From an uncultured Nitrospinota bacterium (lineage in GTDB: Bacteria; Tectomicrobia; Entotheonellia; J063; CAVPRW01), in contig CAVPRW010000034.1 in NCBI GenBank assembly GCA_963707985.1, positions 32,001 to 96,000 on the forward strand: DNA of 64,000 nucleotides. Reading direction: 5' to 3'. Below the pieces are notes generated by a model. The model was given only the letters and a program-made list of their open reading frames with translations. It had not been told where the DNA came from and did no database searches. The position numbers were made by a program, and so were the translations under genes. Positions 52,732 to 62,284 of this stretch are shown here, in pieces. Every line of letters begins with the position of its first letter. Within the stretch, counting starts at the first letter, position 1.

Positions 52732-54123
52732 CTGGTAGCGTTCGAGCATGCGATACAACGAGCGACGGTCGACCTCCAGAATCTCGGCCGCACGCGAGAT
52801 ATTGCCCTGGGTGGAGTCCAGAACGTGCAGGATATAGCGCTTCTTGACTTCCTCCAGGGAAGGCAGGTCGTCGAAACCATTCCAGGCGTCCAATGACCCG
52901 CCCAGAGATGCCTTTGGCATCAGACGATCACGCACCTCAACCGGCAGATCGTCAGGCGATAGCATCACCTGGTTCGACAGCGCCACGGCGCGCTCGATGA
53001 TGTTTTCCAACTCGCGGATGTTACCCGGCCAGGTATAGGTACGGAGCAGAGCCATGGCGTCCTCGGAGATGCCGACCACCGGTTTGCCATGCTCTTGACT
53101 GTAGCGTCGGAGAAAATGGTAGGCCAGCACTGGAATATCTTCAGCACGCTCCCGCAACGCGGGGAGATGGATGGTCACCACGTTGATGCGGTAAAAGAGA
53201 TCTTGCCGAAAGGTGCCCTGTTTCACACTCTCGACCAGATTCCTATTCGTCGCTGCCAGGATGCGCACGTCGATTTTGATCCACTTCTGACCGCCGACGC
53301 GCCTGATTTCATTCTCCTGCAGGACACGCAGTAGCTTGGCCTGCATATTAGGCGTGATATCGCCGATCTCGTCGAGAAAGCAGGTACCCGTGTCGGCCTC
53401 ATCAAATACCCCGCGCTTCTCGCTGAAAGCACCAGTAAACGCGCCCCGCACGTGGCCGAACAGTTCGCTCTCGAGCAGCGACTCGGTCATGGCACCGCAG
53501 TCGACGGCAACAAAGGGACGGTGGCTACGGGGGCTGTGTTGGTGGAGGGCGCGTGCCATCAATTCCTTGCCTGTGCCGCTCTCGCCCAGAATCAACACAG
53601 TACTTTTCGTGGCCGCTGCCCGGGCGACAGTCTTATACACGTCCACCATTGCCGGGCTGCGTCCGATGACAGCCCCCAGGGGGGCGATGTCTTCGCCGTC
53701 GCCGCCGGCCAGTCGACTCAACCCTGCCGCGTGGCGTTGTGCCAAGGCACGGGACACGGTACGTTTCAACTCCTCCAGGTTCATCGGTTTGGACGTATAG
53801 TCGAAAGCCCCCTCGCGAATCGCTTCGATGGCGATCTCCATCGAACCAAAGGCGGTCATGACCACGATGGGCAGGTCAGGATGGGTCGCGCGCACTTCGC
53901 GTGTGACCTCAAGGCCGCTCATCCCAGGGAGACGTACATCCACGAGCAATAAGGCGTACGTTTCCCGATGCAATTGCTGCAGGGCATCTTCACCACTCAG
54001 GGCACGGTCGACCGGGTAGCCTTCGCCCTCCAGAACCTCGGCAAAGAGCTCGCAGCTCACCGGATCATCATCCGTGACCAGAATACGCGCGCGTGTCCTT
54101 TCGCTTCGACGCACCTCGTTCAC
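52708..54123 (-). CDS. Sigma54-dependent response regulator (NtrC/AtoC family)
   Basis: REC + GESGTGKE, ESELFGH, GAFTGA, FLDEIG, WPGNIREL + Fis HTH; GTGA overlap with kinase stop. Confidence 0.96.
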   Translation of the reverse strand: MNEVRRSERTRARILVTDDDPVSCELFAEVLEGEGYPVDRALSGEDALQQLHRETYALLLVDVRLPGMSGLEVTREVRATHPDLPIVVMTAFGSMEIAIEAIREGAFDYTSKPMNLEELKRTVSRALAQRHAAGLSRLAGGDGEDIAPLGAVIGRSPAMVDVYKTVARAAATKSTVLILGESGTGKELMARALHQHSPRSHRPFVAVDCGAMTESLLESELFGHVRGAFTGAFSEKRGVFDEADTGTCFLDEIGDITPNMQAKLLRVLQENEIRRVGGQKWIKIDVRILAATNRNLVESVKQGTFRQDLFYRINVVTIHLPALRERAEDIPVLAYHFLRRYSQEHGKPVVGISEDAMALLRTYTWPGNIRELENIIERAVALSNQVMLSPDDLPVEVRDRLMPKASLGGSLDAWNGFDDLPSLEEVKKRYILHVLDSTQGNISRAAEILEVDRRSLYRMLERYQVVPVRHS

Positions 54124-56372
54124 GGCGGCGGCTCCTCTGTCGGGAGAAAGATGCGTACGCACGTACCCTCCCCTACATGGCTAGAAATATGAATGCTTCC
54201 TCCATGGGCCCTAATGATCTCCTGGCAGATGGCCAGTCCCAACCCGGTGCCGCGCGCCTCACTCTTGGTGGTCACAAAGAGATTAAACACCTTGGGCAAC
54301 AGTTCGGCCGGTATGCCGGCACCGGTGTCGATGACCTCTACGACAATGCCACGCTGCAAGTTCTCGGATGGCTCAGCCAGCTCTGTGGTCACGGTGATGG
54401 TACCACCAGTTTCCATGGCATCGATGGCATTGTTCAGAAGATTGATCAATACTCGTTGTAAGGCGGCGGCGTCAGCGCTGAGCACGGGCAACGACTCCGC
54501 TAGCTCAGTCATCACATGCACGTGGCTCTGCTGAAAGCGGATCTCCAGTTGAACCAGCGTTTCCAGGACCAGCTCATTGAGATTGATGGGCCGATGCGTG
54601 TGGGGAGCCCCACGGGTGCGCGACAGATAGTGTTTGATGATCTCCGCCATGCGTTGCACCTGCGACTCGATGATCTTCAGACGTCTCCGAGCCTCCTCGG
54701 AGATGTCGGCGTTGGCCAGCAGTTGGGTGTAGCCCAGCACAGAATTGAGGGGTGTGCCCAGTTCATGGGCAATGGCGCCCGTAATACGCCCCAGCGCCGC
54801 TAGACGTTCGCGTTCAATCAACTGCTCCTGCAGCTTGACCCGCTCGGTGATATCGCGGAAGAATCCATGTAGCGCCACCAGGTTACCGTCCACATGTCGC
54901 CCAATCAGGGTGCCTTCGACCAGGATCGACCTGCCATCCTGAGCCACCAGCGTAGCCTGGAGATACTGCCCGGTTTCTTCCGCCAACACCCGGGCGCGAA
55001 CACCGCTCCAGTGGGAAAGTGACCGAGGGTGAATGATGTCAGCAATCCTCAAGCTCGACAGTTGTGCCTGTGTATACCCCAAGGTTTTCAACCAGGCTTG
55101 GTTCACGAACAGAAAGCGGCCATCGGGGGCGACACTCTGAATCAGGTCGTGCGTGCTTTCAAGCAGATGATGATACTGCTGCTGGCTCTGCTGTAAGGCC
55201 TCTTCCGCCATCTTGCGCTCGGTGATGTTGCGATAGATGGCGTACGCGGCGATCTGACTGCTGCCGATACGAACCGGTGCCCCGACAATGGAGACATGGA
55301 GTCGACTGCCGTCCTTATGCCGCCGGACGGTCTCCGTGTGGACGCCCTGCCCGTGCGTTAGCTTATCGGTCAACTCCCATCCTTCGTCGAGCCGATCATC
55401 CGGCACGATAAGCTCGTTGATCGGACGGTTCATGGCGTCTGCCGGCGTATACCCAAACATCCGTGTGAACTCGCCATTAACGCGCAGCACACGATCTTCG
55501 GTATCAAGCAGGACGATGCCTTCAGGGGCGTTTTCGAAGAGCTGATCGAGGTAGGCTTGCTGGATTTTCAGCTCTTCCTCGGCATGTTTATGCTCGGTGA
55601 TGTCTTGCGTGGCGCCAATGAAGCGCACCACACGTTGCTGCGAGGCGTCAAACTCTGGTCGGCCAACAGCCCGCACCCATCGTACCTCGCCGTTCTTAGT
55701 GACGATGCGAAATTCGCTCGCATCCGGCTGGCCGGAACGGATATTCCGGATGCGTTGCTGCCAGATGGGTAGGTCCTGCGGATAGATTAGCCGCCCTCGG
55801 GCGCTGGGGTCATCTAGCGTGGGCAGATCATGCTCGTTATAGCCCGTGACGCGACAGTATGCTTCCGGCGTGACCCATTCGCGGATGATGGTACCATCGG
55901 GCTCGAGACGGTGGGCGTAGGAATAGCCAGAGACCAATTCGGCGAGTGCGCGGTGACGTTCTTCAGAAAGGCTCAACTGCTGCCCCTGTTGCCTGGCCGC
56001 TGCCAGATCACGCCTCAGGTATCTGGTTTGCAACAAGTTCTGCACACGCATCTGCAGGACGACCTGATCCGTGGGCCAGACGAGGCGTTCATCGATCGTC
56101 TGGCCTAGGTGTGCTGCGATCAAATCGCGCCCGTCAGATGTCGTCACCAGAAGAAAGGGCAAGAACTGCGGCGACTCGATCTTGCGGCGCTCTTGAATCG
56201 CCTTGTGGAGGCGTTTCAGTGTCGCCCCATCCAGAACGGCCAGATCAAACGTCTCTCGGAGGGCGCGCTTGCCCCTCGCGGTCATGACCTTATAGCGCTG
56301 TCCCAGGCAATCCTCCAAATCCTGTTGTAGCTCGCGTGACTCGATGAGGAACACGATCGTATCCATGCTCAT
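54120..56372 (-). CDS. Cytoplasmic histidine kinase: pseudo-receiver + 3 PAS + HisKA/HATPase
   Basis: Three PAS/PAC ends (DITE, NITE, DITE), AHELGTPLN, NLLNNAIDA, DTGAGI, GTGLGL; no TM. Confidence 0.94.
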   Translation of the reverse strand: MSMDTIVFLIESRELQQDLEDCLGQRYKVMTARGKRALRETFDLAVLDGATLKRLHKAIQERRKIESPQFLPFLLVTTSDGRDLIAAHLGQTIDERLVWPTDQVVLQMRVQNLLQTRYLRRDLAAARQQGQQLSLSEERHRALAELVSGYSYAHRLEPDGTIIREWVTPEAYCRVTGYNEHDLPTLDDPSARGRLIYPQDLPIWQQRIRNIRSGQPDASEFRIVTKNGEVRWVRAVGRPEFDASQQRVVRFIGATQDITEHKHAEEELKIQQAYLDQLFENAPEGIVLLDTEDRVLRVNGEFTRMFGYTPADAMNRPINELIVPDDRLDEGWELTDKLTHGQGVHTETVRRHKDGSRLHVSIVGAPVRIGSSQIAAYAIYRNITERKMAEEALQQSQQQYHHLLESTHDLIQSVAPDGRFLFVNQAWLKTLGYTQAQLSSLRIADIIHPRSLSHWSGVRARVLAEETGQYLQATLVAQDGRSILVEGTLIGRHVDGNLVALHGFFRDITERVKLQEQLIERERLAALGRITGAIAHELGTPLNSVLGYTQLLANADISEEARRRLKIIESQVQRMAEIIKHYLSRTRGAPHTHRPINLNELVLETLVQLEIRFQQSHVHVMTELAESLPVLSADAAALQRVLINLLNNAIDAMETGGTITVTTELAEPSENLQRGIVVEVIDTGAGIPAELLPKVFNLFVTTKSEARGTGLGLAICQEIIRAHGGSIHISSHVGEGTCVRIFLPTEEPPP

Positions 56373-56678
56373 CCCTTTTCATACGCACGTGCCAGCGTCC
56401 ATCGGTCGAAACTACAACACTCCAAGTGCCAGAGCGCCAAGGCGTGTGCAAGGGGACGGTGCCGCTGCAGAATCGTTCGGGTCTGATCACCATTCTAGAG
56501 AAAGCCGTGACGAAATGGAAGGACAAGAAACCGCATGTCTCATGGATGGTCTCAGTTTGGGGCTCTCGACACTGCCGCTAGTAGCGGGTTTCACAGTGTA
56601 TACGGTGGCCGCGGCCTGCGACGGGCCATGAGATTTGGGCTCAAAGCGGCTCGGACTCGCGGGCTGTCCCCCTATGCT

Positions 56679-58007
56679 TCATACGTCAGCCTCCAGTTCT
56701 GAGATAGTCTCGCGTGGGGGGGTGACGAGGATTTTGTCGATTCGATTGCCGTCCATATCCACCACCTCGATCTTCAGTCCCTCCCAGACAAAATAGTCGG
56801 CAGCAGCGGGAATACGGCCCAATTGCATGATCACGAAACCGGCCAGAGTCTGATAGATGCCTTGGTCCTCCCCTGGCAATTCGCCAAGGTCGAAGAGATC
56901 CTTGAACTCGTCCACGGGCAACATGCCATCCAATAGCCATGAACCATCGTCACGTTGCACTGCGAGCGGGTCTACCGGATCCCCGGCTTCGGGGAGGTCC
57001 CCGACGATTGCTTCTAAGATGTCACTCGGGGTGACCAGACCCTGAATCCCGCCGTATTCGTCGATCACCAAGGCGATGTGTGTTCCCGATTGTTTGAAGA
57101 GTTCCAAGACCTTTAAGGCACGCATGCTCTCAGGCACGTACAAGGGTTGTTGTAATGTCGCTTCCAAGTCGACGACTTGTTCGCCCAAGAGATGCGCCAG
57201 CAGATCCTTGGCGTGCACGACGCCGAGGACATTATCCAAGCTCCCTTCAGCGACCAAAAAGCGTGAGTGCGCGCTTTCGGTGATGGTGCGGCGAATCTCC
57301 TGGGCCAACGCCTCGCGGTCGAGCCAGACGATCTCAGTCCGTGGGGTCATCACCGCGCTGACGCGCCGATCACCCAACCGGAAGACGCGCTCTACCATCT
57401 CCTGCTCAGCCTCTTCAAACATGCCTGCCTGAGTCCCCTGTTCGATCAGAGCGCGAATTTCCTCCTCCGTCACTGGAGGCTCCGTGGAGGGCTTTATTCC
57501 CAAGGCCCGCAGGAGGAACTCGGTGGAGAGGCCTAACAGGTGCACGACAGGGTATGCAACCCGCGACAGCACCTGCATGGGGGCGGCAATCACCATCGCC
57601 AGGCGCTCGGGATTGTTCAACGCCAGCCGTTTCGGCACCAGTTCGCCCACGATCAACGAGAGATAAGTGATCACGAGTACCACCAGGACCAAGCTAAGCG
57701 GGTGGCCATATGGCTCCAGCCACGTGATGTCACTCAGAAGAATGGCGAGTTCCCCGGCAATGGTTGCCCCACCGAAGGCGCCGGCCAGAATGCCGACGAG
57801 TGTGATACCGATTTGAATCGTTGCCAGAAACTGATTGGGATTATTCGCCAGTTCCAGAGCGGCACGGGCTTTGGCATTGCCCTCTTCGGCCCACTGTTGC
57901 AGGCGGGTCTTGCGGGCTGAGACCACGGCGATCTCCGACATGGCAAAGATGCCATTGATGAGAATTAGCAGCACCACGACTAATCCTTCGAGCATTACGG
58001 AGGGCAT
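56679..58007 (-). CDS. CNNM/HlyC-CorC (hemolysin-family) membrane protein
   Basis: NGIFAMSEIA, TIQIGIT, GELVPK, CBS pair (DEYGG), TLAGF CorC domain. Confidence 0.94.
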   Translation of the reverse strand: MPSVMLEGLVVVLLILINGIFAMSEIAVVSARKTRLQQWAEEGNAKARAALELANNPNQFLATIQIGITLVGILAGAFGGATIAGELAILLSDITWLEPYGHPLSLVLVVLVITYLSLIVGELVPKRLALNNPERLAMVIAAPMQVLSRVAYPVVHLLGLSTEFLLRALGIKPSTEPPVTEEEIRALIEQGTQAGMFEEAEQEMVERVFRLGDRRVSAVMTPRTEIVWLDREALAQEIRRTITESAHSRFLVAEGSLDNVLGVVHAKDLLAHLLGEQVVDLEATLQQPLYVPESMRALKVLELFKQSGTHIALVIDEYGGIQGLVTPSDILEAIVGDLPEAGDPVDPLAVQRDDGSWLLDGMLPVDEFKDLFDLGELPGEDQGIYQTLAGFVIMQLGRIPAAADYFVWEGLKIEVVDMDGNRIDKILVTPPRETISELEADV

Positions 58008-58458
58008 CGCGACGCGCTCCTTACGTTTTCAAGCCATTTGCACCAGAGGTCCGGTTCTTCTCAATCCGGAAGTGCCAACCGCAGCGTAGAGGGCACACGA
58101 CCATGCTCCAAGGACGGACATGAGATAGCGCCAGCTCACACCATTTCACGCGAGGAACCAGAAATGTGACCCTGTGCAAGAAGATGGTCGGGAAGCCACG
58201 CAATTTGCTTTATTGGACCATCAATCGCTGGTGAGCGCAAGTGTCTTGCGGTTCGCTCCCGTCAGCTGGCCAAAATCCTACACAAGGTTTCCTGGATTGA
58301 TGACGTGGGATGATATCCTCATGAGGCATGTGCGGGACGACGTCGTATGAAAGGACCAACAAGGCGGGGTGTGGAGGGAGAGGGTGCGACATGGGACCAA
58401 ATGCGCACGGCCTGGTCTGGATTCACGTCGGATGTAGGGGTCTGGGAGGTCCGAGCGC

Positions 58459-58514
58459 TCCGGCGAGAGACCCCTGAGCCTTCGCCAAAGCTCCCGTGGG
58501 GTCTCATCGCACCG
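58459..58514. other. Long imperfect hairpin downstream of S53 peptidase gene
   Basis: Minus strand GAGACCCC/GGGGTCTC and GAGCTTT/AAGGCTC stems with GGCG loop. Confidence 0.45.
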
Positions 58515-58566
58515 AAATGACGCCAATACCAGCGCCGGCAGGACGGCTCGGCCGGCAACTACCGAC

Positions 58567-60216
58567 CTAGCTGATTGTCGCCTGACTCTGGCCTGTGAGG
58601 ACCTGCAAGAGCTTGGCGCCATCGGGGGTTCCCAAACCTGTACAGGGATCCCAACCCTGACGCGCCTGATACGCGCCATTATTCCCACTGGTGATATCGT
58701 GCAGAGCTCCGCTAGTAGCGATCTGTCCACTATAGAGCAATGGGTTGAGATACCCGACCGGACGCCCTAGTTGCTGATTGATGAGCGCAATCAGTCCCGC
58801 CCACAGAGGAGCCACGGCACTGGTGCCGCCGAAGACCACCTCACGATGATCGACACGAATCAGATAGCCGGTCATCGGGTCGGCATCGCCAGCCACATCG
58901 GGCACACCACGTCCCTGCTTAGCCCCAGGGTTGGCCGATGGCGGGACATTGGCCAGCTTCTGAAACCCAGGCAAGGTGAAGAAGTCGCTGACACCGCCAC
59001 CGGTGGCGCCAGCCATCGTCCCGTCGTTCCACACCACTTCCTGACTGATCGCCGTGTTCGATGCCTCCAGGTGCGTTCCCCCACATCCCAGGACATAAGG
59101 GCTGGATGCGGGAAAATCGACGTGTGCATACCCGTCGCTCATCCCATCGGAGGAGCCATCATCGCCCGCAGCGCAGCAGATGGTGACGCCGAGAGCCGCA
59201 GCTTCCTGGAACGCCTGGTCATAAACCTGCAGAGCTTGCGCGGTCCAACTCGACTCCGGGCCACCCCAGCTGATCGAGATGACTGAAGGTCGATTCTGGT
59301 GATCATGAACAGCAGCCTTGATCGCATCCAGGAAACCGCGGTCGGTATTCGGCGCAAAATACACCACAAATTCTGCGGCAGGGGCCAGCGCACCGGCGAC
59401 TTCGATGTCAAGCATCACCTCACCGTCGGGGCCGCTGGGGTCACCAGTCGGATGGTTGTGGGCACCGTCGACTGCAACGGTCTTAATGCGCGGCATGGCG
59501 ACCCCCAGTTGGGAGAAGTAGGCCGTGAGATCCTGGAGGCGATAACCACCTCCCAATTCGATAATGGCAACGCACTGCCCATGTCCATCCACCCCAGATG
59601 GAAAGTTATAGAGCCGGGCTAATTGAGTCGGCGTGAACGAGTGGTTATTAAGCTGTCGCGAGCTGTTGCTCCTCGTGGATGTCCCCACAGTCGTTGCTTC
59701 CTTGAAGAGCCGAAAGTGGGGTTTGGCCTGTGGACGGTCATCCAGGCCAAACACCCCCTGCACGATCTCGGCCAGCTCGCCCGGCACATGCACCGCTCCG
59801 ACGCGGCCCCGATAGGTTCCCCCCCAATACTCATAGGTGGCAAGCGACACGCCGAACGCCTCGGAGAAAGCCCCCACCGTCCCGGTTAGGAGCACGCTGC
59901 GTTTGGCAGGGTTGACCTCAGTGACCGTAAGGCCATGGGCTTTTGCAAACGCTTCTATGGCTGCCAGGTCCTTGGGGTCGGCCCCATAGGCGGCAGTAAA
60001 CTCCTCATGGGTCATATGCCGGCGTTCAGCAGGCATGATGGCTCCCAATCTCTCGGCACTGAGGGCCCCCTTCATAGCAGTAACGCCGGTACGAGGGCGA
60101 ACATACAGGGTGACCTCCATACGTTCCTTGAGATGCGGCGTGCCCACCGCCCGCGCCCCTGCGAGGACCTGACGTTCGCTCCCAGGAACTGGGACATGGC
60201 TTGTATGCGATAGCAT
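58567..60216 (-). CDS. S53 (sedolisin/kumamolisin-like) peptidase with pro-domain
   Basis: GEVMLDIE (Glu, Asp), SISWG, AAGDDGS, GGTSAVAP (Ser), DITSGNN..GWDPCTGLG calcium site. Confidence 0.95.
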   Translation of the reverse strand: MLSHTSHVPVPGSERQVLAGARAVGTPHLKERMEVTLYVRPRTGVTAMKGALSAERLGAIMPAERRHMTHEEFTAAYGADPKDLAAIEAFAKAHGLTVTEVNPAKRSVLLTGTVGAFSEAFGVSLATYEYWGGTYRGRVGAVHVPGELAEIVQGVFGLDDRPQAKPHFRLFKEATTVGTSTRSNSSRQLNNHSFTPTQLARLYNFPSGVDGHGQCVAIIELGGGYRLQDLTAYFSQLGVAMPRIKTVAVDGAHNHPTGDPSGPDGEVMLDIEVAGALAPAAEFVVYFAPNTDRGFLDAIKAAVHDHQNRPSVISISWGGPESSWTAQALQVYDQAFQEAAALGVTICCAAGDDGSSDGMSDGYAHVDFPASSPYVLGCGGTHLEASNTAISQEVVWNDGTMAGATGGGVSDFFTLPGFQKLANVPPSANPGAKQGRGVPDVAGDADPMTGYLIRVDHREVVFGGTSAVAPLWAGLIALINQQLGRPVGYLNPLLYSGQIATSGALHDITSGNNGAYQARQGWDPCTGLGTPDGAKLLQVLTGQSQATIS

Positions 60217-60265
60217 TGATGGCTCCTTTGCTATGGTTTACCCGACGGCTTGTCTTCGTCGGGGT

Positions 60266-60640
60266 TCATTTTGCCAATGCGCGCCTGAGCGTCTGAGAGA
60301 CCTGCTCCACCCCGAAGGGCTTGGAGAGGACTGTGAAAGCCCCTAACAGCTCGGCCTTCACCTTAAAGTCAGGATCCTGAGTCCCCGTCATCACGATGAC
60401 CTTGATCCATGGAGACTCGATCATAATTTTGGATAGCAGCTCGATGCCGTTCATGGCCGGCATCTGCATATCCGTGAGCACCAGATCGTAGGCGAAGGGC
60501 GTGTGCTGCACCAGCTCCCAGGCGCGCTTCCCGTCGGCTGCGGTACTGACGCGAAATCCCTGAAATGCGAGGGACTCCGCCAGCACCATGCGTATCGACT
60601 CGTTGTCGTCAACCACCAAGATCCTGTCCCTTGCCAGCAT
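60266..60640 (-). CDS. Single-domain response regulator
   Basis: LVVDDN, DLVLTDMQMP, MTG, SKPF; SD GAGGAG. Confidence 0.9.
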   Translation of the reverse strand: MLARDRILVVDDNESIRMVLAESLAFQGFRVSTAADGKRAWELVQHTPFAYDLVLTDMQMPAMNGIELLSKIMIESPWIKVIVMTGTQDPDFKVKAELLGAFTVLSKPFGVEQVSQTLRRALAK

Positions 60641-60683
60641 GCCTACTCTCCTCACCAAACTGTCGTGCTCGTCCACCAGGAAG

Positions 60684-60699
60684 AGCAACGTATGTGCCA
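60684..60699 (-). promoter_or_regulatory. Sigma54 -24/-12 promoter
   Basis: TGGCAC-ATACG-TTGCT, full consensus, about 45 nt upstream of receiver gene. Confidence 0.85.
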
Positions 60700-60713
60700 T
60701 CATCCTGAAACGA

Positions 60714-60749
60714 CACAGGCCGTTTGGCGAGAGCCCCAAACGGCCTGTG
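60714..60749. terminator. Perfect 14-bp hairpin after sigma54 activator gene
   Basis: CACAGGCCGTTTGG-cgagagcc-CCAAACGGCCTGTG; weak minus-strand tail TCGTTTC. Confidence 0.5.
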
Positions 60750-60910
60750 GTACAAGGAATCCGCGCACCTCTACCATGTGGACCTGGCGAGCGATGCGCA
60801 TAAGAATAGCCCCACTGCCCCAGCCAACCCCCGATGCTGAAGAGATCATTCAGGGAAATCGAGACGTTATCGGCGTGTGGCCATTACCGTTGCGGTGTGG
60901 TCGACCCGCC

Positions 60911-62281
60911 TCACTCTTCCACGCTGCCAAGATCGATTCGATAGCGCTCGGCGAGGCGATACAGCGTCCGTCGATTGATCCCGAGGAGTTGGGCGGTGAG
61001 CTTCTTGTTGCCCTTGGCTTGCTGCAGGACATAACAGATGTGGCGTCTAACCCCCTCGCGCAGGCTCGCAGAGGCTTCGTTAGTGTCCTGCCTTGCAGCG
61101 GTAGCCTGCCGAAATTCCGGCGGCAAGTCCTCGGGGAGGAGGACAGGATTAGTCGTGAGGGCGACGGCTTGCTCGATGACATGCTCTAATTCACGCACGT
61201 TGCCTGGCCAGGGATACTTGCCAAGCAGGATTAGAGATTGAGGGGAGATATGAGAGATATTTTTTTGATTACGAAAGGCGCATTTCGTGAGGAAAGACTC
61301 CGCCAGGAGAGCGATGTCCTCCTGCCGATCCCGCAGGGGCGGGAGGGTGATGGACACGACACTCAAACGATAGAAGAGGTCCTCTCGGAACTTACCGTCC
61401 GTTATCAGCATCTTCAGATTCTTGTTCGTGGCGGCGATGACCCGGACATCTAGCTTGATCTCCTCCCGCCCCCCGACCCGTCTGATCTGGCGTTCCTGGA
61501 TGAAGCGCAGGAGTCTGGCCTGCAGCGCTGGTCCGATATCCCCTATTTCATCCAGGAAACAGGTGCCCCCATGCGCCTCCTCAAGTAGCCCTTTCTTGTT
61601 GGCAATGGCCCCTGTAAAGGCCCCCTTCATATGGCCGAACAGCTCACTCTCCAACAGCGTCTCCGCCAATGCCCCACAATCCACGACGATAAAGGGCTGT
61701 TCGGCCCTTGGGCTATTGTAGTGAATAGCGCGAGCGATCAATTCCTTGCCAGTGCCGCTCTCACCCTGGATCAACACTGTGCTCATGCTGGACGCCACAC
61801 GGGCAACGATCTTGTAGACCTCCAACATAGCCGCACTGCGCCCGACGATGTTGTGCATCTGGTGTTGCGCCTGCAGCGCCTGCCGCAGTTGGAGATTTTC
61901 CCTCAGCAGACGTTTATGATCTAACGCCCGTCGCACCGTGAGCTTGACGTCATTGAGCTTTAAGGGTTTACTGATATAGTCGTAGGCGCCTTCTTGAATC
62001 GTCTCGATGGCGGTTTCAATCGACCCAAAGGCGGTCATCATGATGACGACGGTCTCCGGGCTCAGATGCTTCAACTCACGGAGGACCTCGACGCCATTCA
62101 GATCCGGTATTCTCACGTCTAAGAGGACGACGTCGAACAAGATCGTCACGGCTTTGTCGATGGCTTCTCGGCCGCTCCCGGCAGTTTCAACCTGATAACC
62201 CTCCTGCACCAGCACTTCTCGGAGGAGGCGATAGGTTGTCGGATCATCATCCACGACCAACACCGTCGTCTGAGTTGTCAC
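60911..62281 (-). CDS. Sigma54-dependent response regulator (NtrC/AtoC family)
   Basis: REC + GESGTGKE, GAFTGA, FREDLFYRL, WPGNVREL + Fis HTH. Confidence 0.96.
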   Translation of the reverse strand: MTTQTTVLVVDDDPTTYRLLREVLVQEGYQVETAGSGREAIDKAVTILFDVVLLDVRIPDLNGVEVLRELKHLSPETVVIMMTAFGSIETAIETIQEGAYDYISKPLKLNDVKLTVRRALDHKRLLRENLQLRQALQAQHQMHNIVGRSAAMLEVYKIVARVASSMSTVLIQGESGTGKELIARAIHYNSPRAEQPFIVVDCGALAETLLESELFGHMKGAFTGAIANKKGLLEEAHGGTCFLDEIGDIGPALQARLLRFIQERQIRRVGGREEIKLDVRVIAATNKNLKMLITDGKFREDLFYRLSVVSITLPPLRDRQEDIALLAESFLTKCAFRNQKNISHISPQSLILLGKYPWPGNVRELEHVIEQAVALTTNPVLLPEDLPPEFRQATAARQDTNEASASLREGVRRHICYVLQQAKGNKKLTAQLLGINRRTLYRLAERYRIDLGSVEE

Positions 62282-62284
62282 GAT

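Noticed and set aside
56447..56464. Sigma54-like sites CGGCAC-N7-TTGCA here and TGGCAC-N7-TTGA at 58061-58077
   Set aside because: Spacer is 2 nt too long; sigma54 needs strict GG-N10-GC spacing
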